This document shows, in pieces, positions 1 to 9,242 of a stretch of DNA of 22,547 nucleotides. Position 1 is the first letter of the stretch. Every line of letters starts with the position of its first letter. The position numbers were made by a program, and so were the translations under genes. The stretch comes from Macrostomum lignano (taxonomy: Eukaryota): the NCBI GenBank assembly GCA_002269645.1, contig NIVC01002570.1, positions 1-22,547 on the forward strand. The letters are read 5' to 3'. The notes beneath the pieces were generated by a model. It saw only the letters and a list, made by a program, of their open reading frames with translations. It ran no database searches and was not told where the DNA came from.

Positions 1-1036
1 GATAAATGCCTAAAAAGGGGAGAGGGGATGGCTTTGATTTTTCTGTGAAAATGTACTTGGTCCTCTTTTTTCTGGTCTTTACCAAAGGGGTGATCCATCC
101 TCATCTTCCCTTAGGTGCACCCTTGCAAGTATTAATACATAACAATTAAAATTGTTTACTAAAACTGTACCTAGTGCTACAATTTATAACTATACGTTAC
201 ACAAATTACCAATTATCTTTAGCTTCTTGTTACTATATTTCTTCATTCATTTTGAGCATTTGGCTAATAAATGACTGGCTTGAATCTCTTGATTGGCAAT
301 TGTATAAATAGCTAACTTGAATGCCTTAATAGAATAGAAATTTCTTTAGTGACTTAAATAAGCTATTGGATGAGTTCACCCATTTTTGATAATTTAGCTT
401 GCAAAAATTAAAACTATCTTAATTATACCAAAGTTATATAGTGCAATCTTTACTTTGCTACTTTTAGTAGAATCTGGCAAATTTCATGGGAGATATGGTA
501 AATTTTATCTATATACTTAACTGGCTTTAAAGTATAGTTTAGTATTTTGTGCACTGCACCTGCTATAGTATCCTGGCTAAATTAGCTTTTTATAAGCCAC
601 TTGCTCAGCCTGCTTCACCTTCCCAGCCTTATTGGTTTTCCTCACTTCTGAATTATTGATTAAGTGCTATTGACTAGCAACACAGAGTGAAATAAATGTG
701 ACTGAGCTCTAGTCCAGCAAATTTACATGGGCTGAATTGAATTCTCAATTTGCAAGCACAAGCAGTGACGCTTTTTAAGATGGCTTTTATTTTCTTTCCC
801 ATAAAGGCTTAAAGAGAATGTCTTACCTGCGCACGAAGGATCTAAATAGGGCGGGTGTTTTTGATCCAATAGTGCCTGAAGTCTAAAGAGTATATGAGTG
901 AATGTCTTCCTAACACTAAATGAATCCCCAAGGTGGCCTGCTACCCCCATCCCCGCACCTGAGGGATTCCAGGTGCAGGTGGTCGTCCCAAAATTGAGCT
1001 TAAATTCCAAATTTGATGCTTCGCTGAGCAGCAGTC

Positions 1037-1530
1037 ATGGCCGAAGCGAGTTCCGACATCTCCGCTGACGGCGACTCGCTTCCGGCCATCGCCGGCGCCT
1101 TCGTGGCAGCATTCGACACGCATGTTGGCAACCTGGTCGAGTGGTGCCGGCCAGCCGAGCTCAACAGGCCCGGCCTGGAGTTCAAAGCCATCCCGAGCGG
1201 GGCGCACGACTTGGACGAAGATTTTGTTTATCTGCGCTGCGGCCGGCTGTTCGGTCTGGCCGTCTGCGTCAAACGTGACCTGTCGTTGCTGGCCTCGCCA
1301 GCCGCCGCAGCGGCTGAGCGCGGCGCCCGCGTCCGCTCCGTAGGCGTTCTTGGCAGGCGGCCCGGGCCGCTGGGCCGGCACGCGGCCTTCCTGCGGCGCC
1401 AGGCGGACAGGCTGCTGGACGGTGGCAGCGACTACTCGGAGCTGGCCGCCTTTGTTGACGAGCGCCGGGCTGACGAGCCGGACGGCGACGATGCGATCGA
1501 TGCCAATGCTCTGCTGGCCTCGGCCTGACG
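1037..1530 (+). CDS. DENND11: DENN domain-containing protein 11 (KIAA1147/LCHN) homologue, exon 1 (in-frame TGA at 1526-1528)
   Basis: Translation FVAAFDTHVGNLVEWCRPAELNRPGLEFKAIPSGAHDLDEDFVYLR...ERGARVRSVGVL...DYSELAAFVDERR matches by eye the DENND11 N-terminus as I recall it (FVVTFDPRSGNMVEWCLP..VEFKSMASGSH..DFIYFR..ERGARMKSVGIL..HYSHLAAFYEDKK). GTGAG donor at 1531. Confidence 0.85.
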
Positions 1531-1538
1531 GTGAGGGC

Positions 1539-1987
1539 CTGGTCATAGTAGACTGTAGATCTGGTCATAGTAGACTGTAAATCTGGTCATAGTAGACTGT
1601 AGATCTGGTCATAGTAGACTGTAGATCTGGTCATAGTAGACTGTAGATCTGGTCATAGTAGACTGTAGATCTGGTCATAGTAGGCTGTAGATCTGGTTAT
1701 AGTAGACTGTAGATCTGGTCACAGTAGACTGTAGATCTGGTCATAGTAGACTGTAAATCTGGTCATAGTAGACTGTAAATCTGGTCATAGTAGACTGTAA
1801 ATCTGGTCATAGTAGACTGTAAATCTGGTCATACATGTAGTAGACTGTAAATCTTTACTGGTCATAGTAGACTGTAAATCTGGTCATAGTAGACCGTAAA
1901 TCTGGTCATACATGTAGTAGACTGTAAATCTTTACTGGTCATAGTAGACTGTAGATCTGGTCATAGTAGACTGTAAATCTGGTCATA
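1539..1987. repeat. Minisatellite, 22-bp unit CTGGTCATAGTAGACTGTA(G/A)AT, ~20 copies, in DENND11 intron 1
   Basis: Units start at 1539, 1561, 1583, etc. Begins 8 nt after the splice donor. Confidence 0.97.
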
Positions 1988-2088
1988 ATTGACTATGTAC
2001 AGTACCCCTAGCCAATATAGACTAGATCTGCCAGGTGCTGCTGGAAAGCTGAAGTGAAAGCAGAGCTTTGCCTCATCTTTTTTCCTAG

Positions 2089-2236
2089 TTTTTCAGCGAT
2101 CAACGGCACGCACTGGCATTTGACGCGTTCTTCGAGGGATTCGGCGAGCAGCTGATGATTCTGTGGAAATTCATGCTGCTCAGAAAGCGGGTTCTTTTCT
2201 GCTCTCTGCCGCCGATTGGAGACTCCTGCCTATTTG
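2089..2236 (+). CDS. DENND11: DENND11 exon 2 (start is either 2089 or 2097; two AG acceptors 8 nt apart)
   Basis: Not in the ORF track. Reads [46 protein letters not shown], matching [28 protein letters not shown]. Polypyrimidine tract with AG at 2087-2088 and 2095-2096; GTGAG donor at 2237, phase 1. Confidence 0.85.
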
Positions 2237-2263
2237 GTGAGCTGGTGTGTCCGTGCTGAAGTA

Positions 2264-2751
2264 GAGGCTGGGTCATAGGGTTTGAGAGGCTAGGTCATAG
2301 GGGTTGATGAGGCTGGGTCATAGGGGTTGATGAGGCTAGGTCATAAGGGTTGATGAGGCTGGGTCATAGGGTTTGAGAGGCTAGGTCATAAGGGTTGATG
2401 AGGCTGGGTCATAGGGGTTGATGAGGCTAGGTCATAGGGGTTGATGAGGCTAGGTCATAGGGGTTGATGAGGCTAGGTCATAGGGGGTTGAGGCTGGGTC
2501 ATAGGGGGCTGATGAAGCTGAGTAATAGAGGGTTGATGAGGCTGGGTCATAGGAGGTCGATGAGGCTGGATCATAGGGGGTTGAGGCCGGGTCATAGGGT
2601 GTTGATGAGGCTGAGTCATAGGGAGTTTGATGAGGCTGGGTCATAATGGGTTAAGGCTGGGTCATAGGCGGTTGAGGCTGGGTCATAATGGGCTGAGGCT
2701 GGGTCATATGGGTTAAAGTCTTGACCACAGGAGGCTAAGACTTGGTCATAG
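2264..2751. repeat. G-rich minisatellite, 21-24-bp unit GAGGCT(G/A)GGTCATAGGGGTT(GAT), in DENND11 intron 2
   Basis: Directly visible; degenerates toward 2751. The ORFs called here (PYDPAS repeats) are by-products. Confidence 0.95.
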
Positions 2752-2824
2752 AGCTCCAGTATTAGAGGCATCCAGTGCTCATAGCTGAGCCAGTAATTGC
2801 CATGCACCGCCACCGTCTCAACAG

Positions 2825-3332
2825 TGCTGTTCGCGTGCGCCCTTGCTGCCCAGACTGGCGCCCCGGCGCCGGCGCCTGAGCTGTTCGTCAGCGTGGCCGA
2901 CATCGACCGCTGCGCGGCCTGCCGCACTACGCAGCCTGCAGCACCGAGTCCATCCTGCTGCACAAGCCGGACCTGTGGCACCTGGCCATCACGGACGGCT
3001 GGCGGATGCGCGCCTCAGGGCCGGCCAACCAGCGGCTCTGCTCGGCCGTCACAGCCGGCGATCGGCGGCGATTCGCCAGCGCCAGCGCCGAGTATCGCAG
3101 GCGGCGCAGCCCAGCGGACGCGCTGCGCTGGTTTGCCGACCTCAACCGGGGCCTCGGCGCCGCCCTGGAGCTGGCAGCCGGGCCGGCCGAGGATCACCGG
3201 TTCAGCGCCGAGGCCGCCCGCGAGTTCGGCTTCGATCTGGGCGCCCGGGCGGACCGGGAGTTCCTGGCCGAGCTGCTCCGCCTGCGCGGATTGGACGCTT
3301 CGCTGGCCGAAACTTCCTGCTGTCCGCTGTAG
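2825..3332 (+). CDS. DENND11: DENND11 exon 3 (terminal), with a 1-nt frameshift at ~2910
   Basis: Acceptor CAACAG at 2819-2824, phase 1. VLFACALA...ELFVSVADIDR (cf. FYVNVADIE) continues, after a frame change, as LPHYAACSTESILLHKPDLW...TAGDRRRF...WFADLNRGL...ADREFLAELLRLRGLDASLAETSCCPL*, matching SYVACTTEKIF...DRSFLLDLLEAYG...NPCCP*. TAG at 3330-3332. Confidence 0.85.
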
Positions 3333-3376
3333 GAGAGAGTTGCGATCGTAGCGGACAGACATTTGTCTTGGTATGG

Positions 3377-3863
3377 GATTTCCTGATCCTGGTTTCTGGA
3401 GGGGTGAGATTTCCTGATCTCATGGTTTCTGGAGGGGTGAGATTTCCTGATCCTGGTTTCTGGAGGGGTGAGATTTCCTGATCCCATGGTTTCTGGAGGG
3501 GTGAGATTTCCTGATCCTGGTTTCTGGAGGGGTGAGATTTCCTGATCCCATGGTTTCTGGAGGGGTGAGATTTCCTGATCCTGGTTTCTGGAGGGGTGAG
3601 ATTTCCTGATCCTGATTTCTGGATTGATGAGATTTCCTGATCCTGATTTCTGGATTGGTGAGATTTCCTGATCCTTATTTCTGGATTGGTGAGATTTCCT
3701 GATCCTGGTTTCTGGAGGGGGTGAGATTTCCTGATCCTGATTTCTGGATTGATGAGATTTCCTGATCCTGATTTCTGGATTGGTGAGATTTCCTGATCCT
3801 GATTTCTGGATTGGTGAGATTTCCTGATCCTGATTTCTGGATTGGTGAGATTTCCTGATCCTG
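3377..3863. repeat. Minisatellite, 31-32-bp unit GATTTCCTGATCCTG(G/A)TTTCTGGA(GGG/TTG)GTGA, just 3' of the DENND11 stop
   Basis: Directly visible, ~15-16 units. Confidence 0.97.
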
Positions 3864-4167
3864 CTTCGTTCCTTGTGAGGTCTCCAAAATGGAATATTTT
3901 ATATTGCATGTTGATTTAAGATTTTGTAATTATTGTCTGTCTGCTCTGCTAGCAGCGATTTCTGTCCACGATCTTGAATGAGTAGATATTGTTTAATTCG
4001 CCCAACATTGGAAGTGTCGCCTTTATTTTATCTCGGTGTGCGCACTTTCCGATTATATAAGGCTTTCAATGACTTACTCTGGGTCCCATTGCATTGCTTA
4101 ATCGGTTTCATACACTGGCACTACAAGATTGCTCCGTGCATTGCAAAGTCTCTGTGGAAGAGTTTCG

Positions 4168-4546
4168 TTTTTAGTTAGAGGCATGGGGCTGTCTGCAACC
4201 TGGCTGACTTTAAGCGACATTGTCACACAACCGGCGAGAGGCATTGCTGCCCATTCCGCCGACTCCTCTGAGCAGGCACACAAGCGCGCGGATACGTACG
4301 CAGTCACACGCACAGGCACACACTCACACAGGAGTGTACAGCGGCCCTAACTTTATTTATCGTTAGGCATGTACACTTCACTGTGCCTTGGGGGTCTGGC
4401 CCTCAAGGACGTTAATTGCACGAGCAGAGCCAAGCCCGAGATTCAAATTTAGCCCCAAATTTTCGGATTAATGTGACTGCACTTGGAATCGAGCCTGGGC
4501 CGCTGGCACATCAGAGCGCCACGGTAGACCACTGAACTACGCCCTC
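4168..4546 (-). mobile_element. Full-length tRNA-derived SINE (copy 1)
   Basis: The minus strand begins GAGGGCG-TAGTTCAGTGG (A box, 4539-4529, exactly 7 nt from the 5' end as in tRNA) and has B box GGCTCGATTCC (4495-4485). The acceptor and T stems do not pair, so it is not a tRNA. The body is near-identical to 13481-13727 and similar to 16265-16527. It ends in a short A-rich tail (T run 4168-4172 on +). Confidence 0.8.
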
Positions 4547-4551
4547 TTGTT

Positions 4552-5513
4552 TAGAAGAGGTTGGGCTGTAAACTGTCGGTAGAAAAGACTCGGGGGGGGG
4601 GGTAAACTGTCAGTAGAAGATGCTAAGGGGGTAAACTGTCGGTAGAAGAGTCTCGGGAGGTAAACTGTCGGTAGAAGAGGCTCGTGAGGTAAACTGTCGG
4701 TAGAAGAGGCTTGGGAGGTAAACTGTCGGTAGAAGAGGCTCGGGAGGTAAACTGTCGGTAGAAGAGGCTCGTGAAGTAAACTGTCGGTAGAAGAGGCTCG
4801 GGAGGTAAACTGTCGGTAGAAGAGGCTCGGGAAGTAAACTGTCGGTAGAAGAGTCTCGGGAAGTAAACTGTCGGTAGAAGAGGCTCGGGAAGTAAACTGT
4901 CGGTAGAAGAGGCTCGGGAGGTAAACTGTCGGTAGAAGAGGCTCGGGAAGAAAACTGTCGGTAGAAGAGGCTCGAGAGGTAAACTGTCGGTAGAAGAGTC
5001 TCGGGAAGTAAACTGTCGGTAGAAGAGGCTCGGGAGGTAAACTGTCGGTAGAAGAGGCTCGGGAAGTAAACTGTCGGTAGAAGAGGCTCGAGAGGTAAAC
5101 TGTCGGTAGAAGAGTCTCGGGAAGTAAACTGTCGGTAGAAGAGGCTCGGGAGGTAAACTGTCGGTAGAAGAGGCTCGGGAAGTAAACTTTCGGTAGAAGA
5201 GGCTCGGGAGGTAAACTGTCGGTAGAAGAGTCTCGTGAGGTAAACTGTCGGTAGAAGAGGCTCGGGAAGTAAACTGTCGGTAGAAGAGGCTCGGGAAGTA
5301 AACTGTCGGTAGAAGAGGCTCGGGAGGTAAACAGTCGGTAGAAGAGGCTCGGGAGGTAAACTGTCGGTAGAAGAGGCTCGGGAGGTAAACTGTCGGTAGA
5401 AGAGGCTCGGGAGGTAAACTGTCGGTAGAAGAGGCTCGGGAGGTAAACTGTCGGTAGAAGAGGCTCGGGAGGTAAACTGTCGGTAGAAGAGGCTCGGGAG
5501 GTAAACAGTCGGT
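4552..5513. repeat. Minisatellite, 29-bp unit GGTAAACTGTCGGTAGAAGAGGCTCGGGA, ~33 copies
   Basis: Directly visible; accounts for almost all of the 325-aa minus ORF 4623-5600. Confidence 0.98.
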
Positions 5514-7061
5514 GGACTCCAGATGCTCCAGACCCCAGACTCTAGATCTAGGCGTCCCTGGCCGCGCGCTCGTCCGATGCAGTCTGTTCCGATATGCCAC
5601 TTTCTCTTTTACGACGATGTGGCAGAAAATTTGCCTAATTTGAGCCGCTGATATTGAGCCAGTGGGAATATAAAGTACGGCTTAGAATAGGAATTCTGTG
5701 CCACTGCTAGTCCCTAATGCGGCATTAGTCCGCTGGTCCGAGCCTTCATTTCCAACTATTTCGGTCTTTTAGAAGCGTCAAGTTAATTTTTCTCGATGTC
5801 TCTGCTTTGCTCACTAGATAGCTCGTAGCCACTCAAATTCTTGATGAAGCCTCCACAGCCTCGCGGTAAAGAGAAATTTTAACTATTTATTTATTGCATT
5901 GCAATATTGTAAATGCAAAGATTTGACTACGTGCTAAAAGTTCGACTGGCACTAAAATTTGATTTAACTGTACACACTTTTACTTCTGTAATTTGTATAC
6001 TCATCATTTTACCTGTTAATAAATAAATTTTGTGAATTAAACACGGCTCTGGAATTAGAGTTTATCTTTTATCTTTGTCAATTTTGGAGGACCCCTGTTC
6101 AACATTGCTCAGTGTATAGGGTATTCTCCCTGCTCAACCATGCTAACTTTCCCCTACTGGTGAATGATTTGCTTTCGGGGTCAGTGGCGAGGAGCAGTAA
6201 AACTGAAGCTTGGAAGGCAGCATCAGTTTGGCAACAATAATGCTGATTAATTGCTCTTGTCTCCGCCCTACCCAATGAAGGCCATTGAAGGCCGAATCCC
6301 ATCGGACGGAGGGTGAGCTGCAATTTTGGGTCGATGCTGCTGCAACTTGCACCGAATTGGGAGACAATTTCAGTTGGCAATCTATCCGACCCCTCCCGCC
6401 AATTAATTAGCACTCCGCCCTGCACCGGAAATGGTTTCTAGCGGCCTGTGCTGTGCTGATCGCGAAAGCTTTCGCTTCCCTGTTGACTCTGGGCAAACTG
6501 GGCTGGGTGTGTGTGGTGTGTGCTATTTTGACACTGAATGCTGCAGCTTCATGAACTACGATAAGTGAGGATTGAACATTTTAAGTGAGATATCAGTCCT
6601 TGTCCTCAGGCTCAACTGGGGCTACGAGTAAATTGCAACAGATGATGATAGAGCTGTTGTGAATGCTGTTCTTCGTCTTTGGTTCTAGCGCTGCGTCACC
6701 CCTAATCTGCGCTTTAGGCTGACTTCATGTAAAACCACAGATACTAAATAACGGGATGGGCCACTCAGGCGTGTATACTTAGTAAAACAGCTTTCTACTT
6801 TCAGTTCAGTAGCAAAGAATAATCATAAGCTTTTTTTTTAAATAAAGGCAGCTGAAATGACTTTGATAAGTTCAGAAGCCCAAAGCTTGCAGGCGTAAAC
6901 AACTTGCTAATTGGTTCAGCCATAATGTACATTAGCCAGTCCACTGAAATGTACATGGCTAGGCTGGAGTTTCCGAGAAAGGCAATTAAAATTAGGGCTG
7001 GGCGGGGCGGGGGTAGAGTGGAAAGGCGCGGTTGGAGGTTTAGTTGGGGGCGGCGGGGTAG

Positions 7062-7192
7062 AGACTCGTTCACACTGCCATCAAATAAGACCAAATTACG
7101 TGTGATCACACAATTTGTACATCAAATTTGATTCCTTTGTACATTAGTCGTGTGATTTGGTGGCTCGTTTGATGGCACGTGTGAATGAGCCT
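7062..7192. mobile_element. Small MITE-like element with imperfect terminal inverted repeats
   Basis: Left end AGACTCGTTCACAC-TGCCATCAAA; reverse complement of the right end AGGCTCATTCACACGTGCCATCAAA. Inner ACCAAAT(T/C)AC extends the symmetry. No clean target-site duplication. Confidence 0.65.
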
Positions 7193-7483
7193 TTAGAGCC
7201 AATAAATGAACCTGGACTTTAAAACACATTAAACTGCTTCCGTTTAACTTGCTACTGAACTGAAAGTAGCTTACACGCAAGTGTGCTGAGTGGCCCATCT
7301 ACATGTAGTTATTCTAGAATCTATGTGTAAAACTCACGGCTTGCTGGGAATTCTACGTTTATGCAATCTTATTAATTGCGTTCAATTGGCAATCCTTGGA
7401 TTCTGTCATGTTTTTTTATGGTTCGTCATGGTTCTAAACTTTGTCTGCGCTGTACATGTAGTTGAATTAGTAGTCATTGACAG

Positions 7484-7809
7484 ACACGTATTCCGCTGAT
7501 CCACGGCCATCTACACGGAATGGGTCATTGGAAGACACTTTCCGCTGATCCACGGCTATCTACACGGAATGGGTCATTGGAAGACACTTTCCGCTGATCC
7601 ACGGCCATCTACACGGAATGGGTCATTGGAAGACACTTTCCGCTGATTCACGGTCATCTACACGGAATGGGTCATTGGAAGACACTTTCCGCTGATTCAC
7701 GGTCATCTACACGGAATGGGTCATTGGAAGACACTTTCCGCTGATTCACGGTCATCTACACGGAATGGGTCATTTGCAGGCCTGTATTCCACTGATCAAC
7801 GGTCATCTA
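7484..7809. repeat. Tandem repeat, 49-bp unit TTCCGCTGAT(C/T)CACGG(C/T)CATCTACACGGAATGGGTCATTGGAAGACACT, ~6.5 copies
   Basis: Unit starts at 7491, 7540, 7589, etc. Confidence 0.97.
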
Positions 7810-9024
7810 CTCGTGGGTCTCCCATGGGTTAGGGACTCCAAGCTCAATAAAAGCGAGCAGTAAGCAGCAGCCATCAATGCCGACCTGGAGCAGTGTTTGC
7901 ACCTGCGCTGATGCTAAAGCTGCGGATGTGTGCTCAGCCGCACGGCAGCTTTAATTCCATAATTCCAGCGTCAACACCAGGCTGGCATGCAGAGAGGGAG
8001 CGACCGGTCTGGGGCAAACACGGTCTGTTGTCTTTCCCGTGGCTCCCGGTGCTGTTGCCAAGAAAAGTAGGTTGCAGCAGCTCGGTGCTGATTTCCTGTG
8101 TTGTTTTTTTTTAACAGATCAACCCAGCCCATCCATTGTCCACTGAAACTCAGCGAGGCAGTTCAATTAGTCCGGAGTCGTCAGGATTTCTTAATCGCTT
8201 TAATCATTAATAATCGCATTGGTTGTATTTTGCAACCCGATGGCTGGCAAAGAGACAAAAAAATGCAAATCAATTGAGGATTTTTTAAGACACTATTGGG
8301 TCTCTGAGGGCAGGGCTGCTATTGAAAGCGGATGCAGCATTATGTACAGTGTGCATCCAGAAGGTAGATTAGATCCGTACAATACTCTTTTACAAAACTT
8401 GCAGCGGCAAATTGAAACTTGAAACTTGAAACGGTTTCTGTTTTGATAAATTTGCAAACAAATCGACAGTTAAAAGGTCTCAGATCGAAGAGCAAAAACT
8501 GAAACAATTTAAATTCCGGGATTCGCCGCTGCAGGAAAACAGTTATCGATATTGATAATTAATAAAAATTATACACTACGAGTGTAGAAAAGGAATACTG
8601 TTCCATATTTAGTAGTAACCAGGATTCCCGATCCAGTGATGAACAACTGAAGTATCAATAGAAGGGACGCTGAGCTTGTATAAAACCTTCTGGACCTCCA
8701 GATCCAAGCAAGCATATCAATGCAGATTTTAAGGACGCTGAACTTTCAAAGCCCGGAAGTTTGCTTGTGTTGCCGGTCTTCTGTTGCAGTTCATGAAAAA
8801 AACAGATTGATAAACTTGTGACTGGAACCTCGGGCACAACAGGCGCTTGCTTGATTTGTGATTCGGAAGTCCAGAAGGTGAGATATTGGGAATTCGGGTT
8901 GAAACCGCTCCCCAGCGAAGCATCAAGCACCTATAAAACAGCGAATAAAATCTGTAATCCGTATGGTTAAAAAGAATATAAAAACTCTGCAAAATAGATG
9001 TCTTCTTTCGGACTTTAGGATTGC

Positions 9025-9155
9025 TTAGATGAGGTTGGAGATGGACTGGACGGTCGTCACGCCGAAGATGAAGGAGCCGAGCACTAGGAAGACGGCCGCG
9101 GCCAGCTGCTTCAACCAGCTGGCATCGTCCAGGCCGATCTTGAACAGACACAGGC
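9025..9155 (-). CDS. SLC38A7: SLC38A7/8-like amino-acid transporter (SNAT7, Aa_trans family), terminal exon
   Basis: After a TGCAG acceptor: (G)LCLFKIGLDDASWLKQLAAAVFLVLGSFIFGVTTVQSISNLI*, matching the SLC38A7 C-terminus as I recall it (FPGLCLI...[23 protein letters not shown]). The ORF track shows a different frame. Phase matches the upstream exon. Confidence 0.8.
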
Positions 9156-9242
9156 CTGCAAAGGCGGGGCAGCGCGATGGCGACTGAGGCTATATATCTG
9201 TTGGCACTTGGGTCTTAGCTGGTAGGCTCAACTCTGAATGAA

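Noticed and set aside
941-1580. Antisense and alternative-frame ORFs over DENND11 (likewise over exon 3 and the channel exons)
   Set aside because: Expected shadows of GC-rich coding sequence.
4474-4546. Possible functional tRNA-Gln(CTG)
   Set aside because: The acceptor stem and T stem do not pair, and it is fused to a dispersed repeat body, so it is a SINE head.
5513-5600. GC-rich unique 5' part of the 325-aa minus ORF
   Set aside because: Only ~29 codons, no recognisable homology and no convincing donor.
7484-7809. Possible CRISPR-like array (also considered for the 47-bp and 31-bp arrays)
   Set aside because: Units are contiguous with no unique spacers, there are no cas genes, and the context is eukaryotic.
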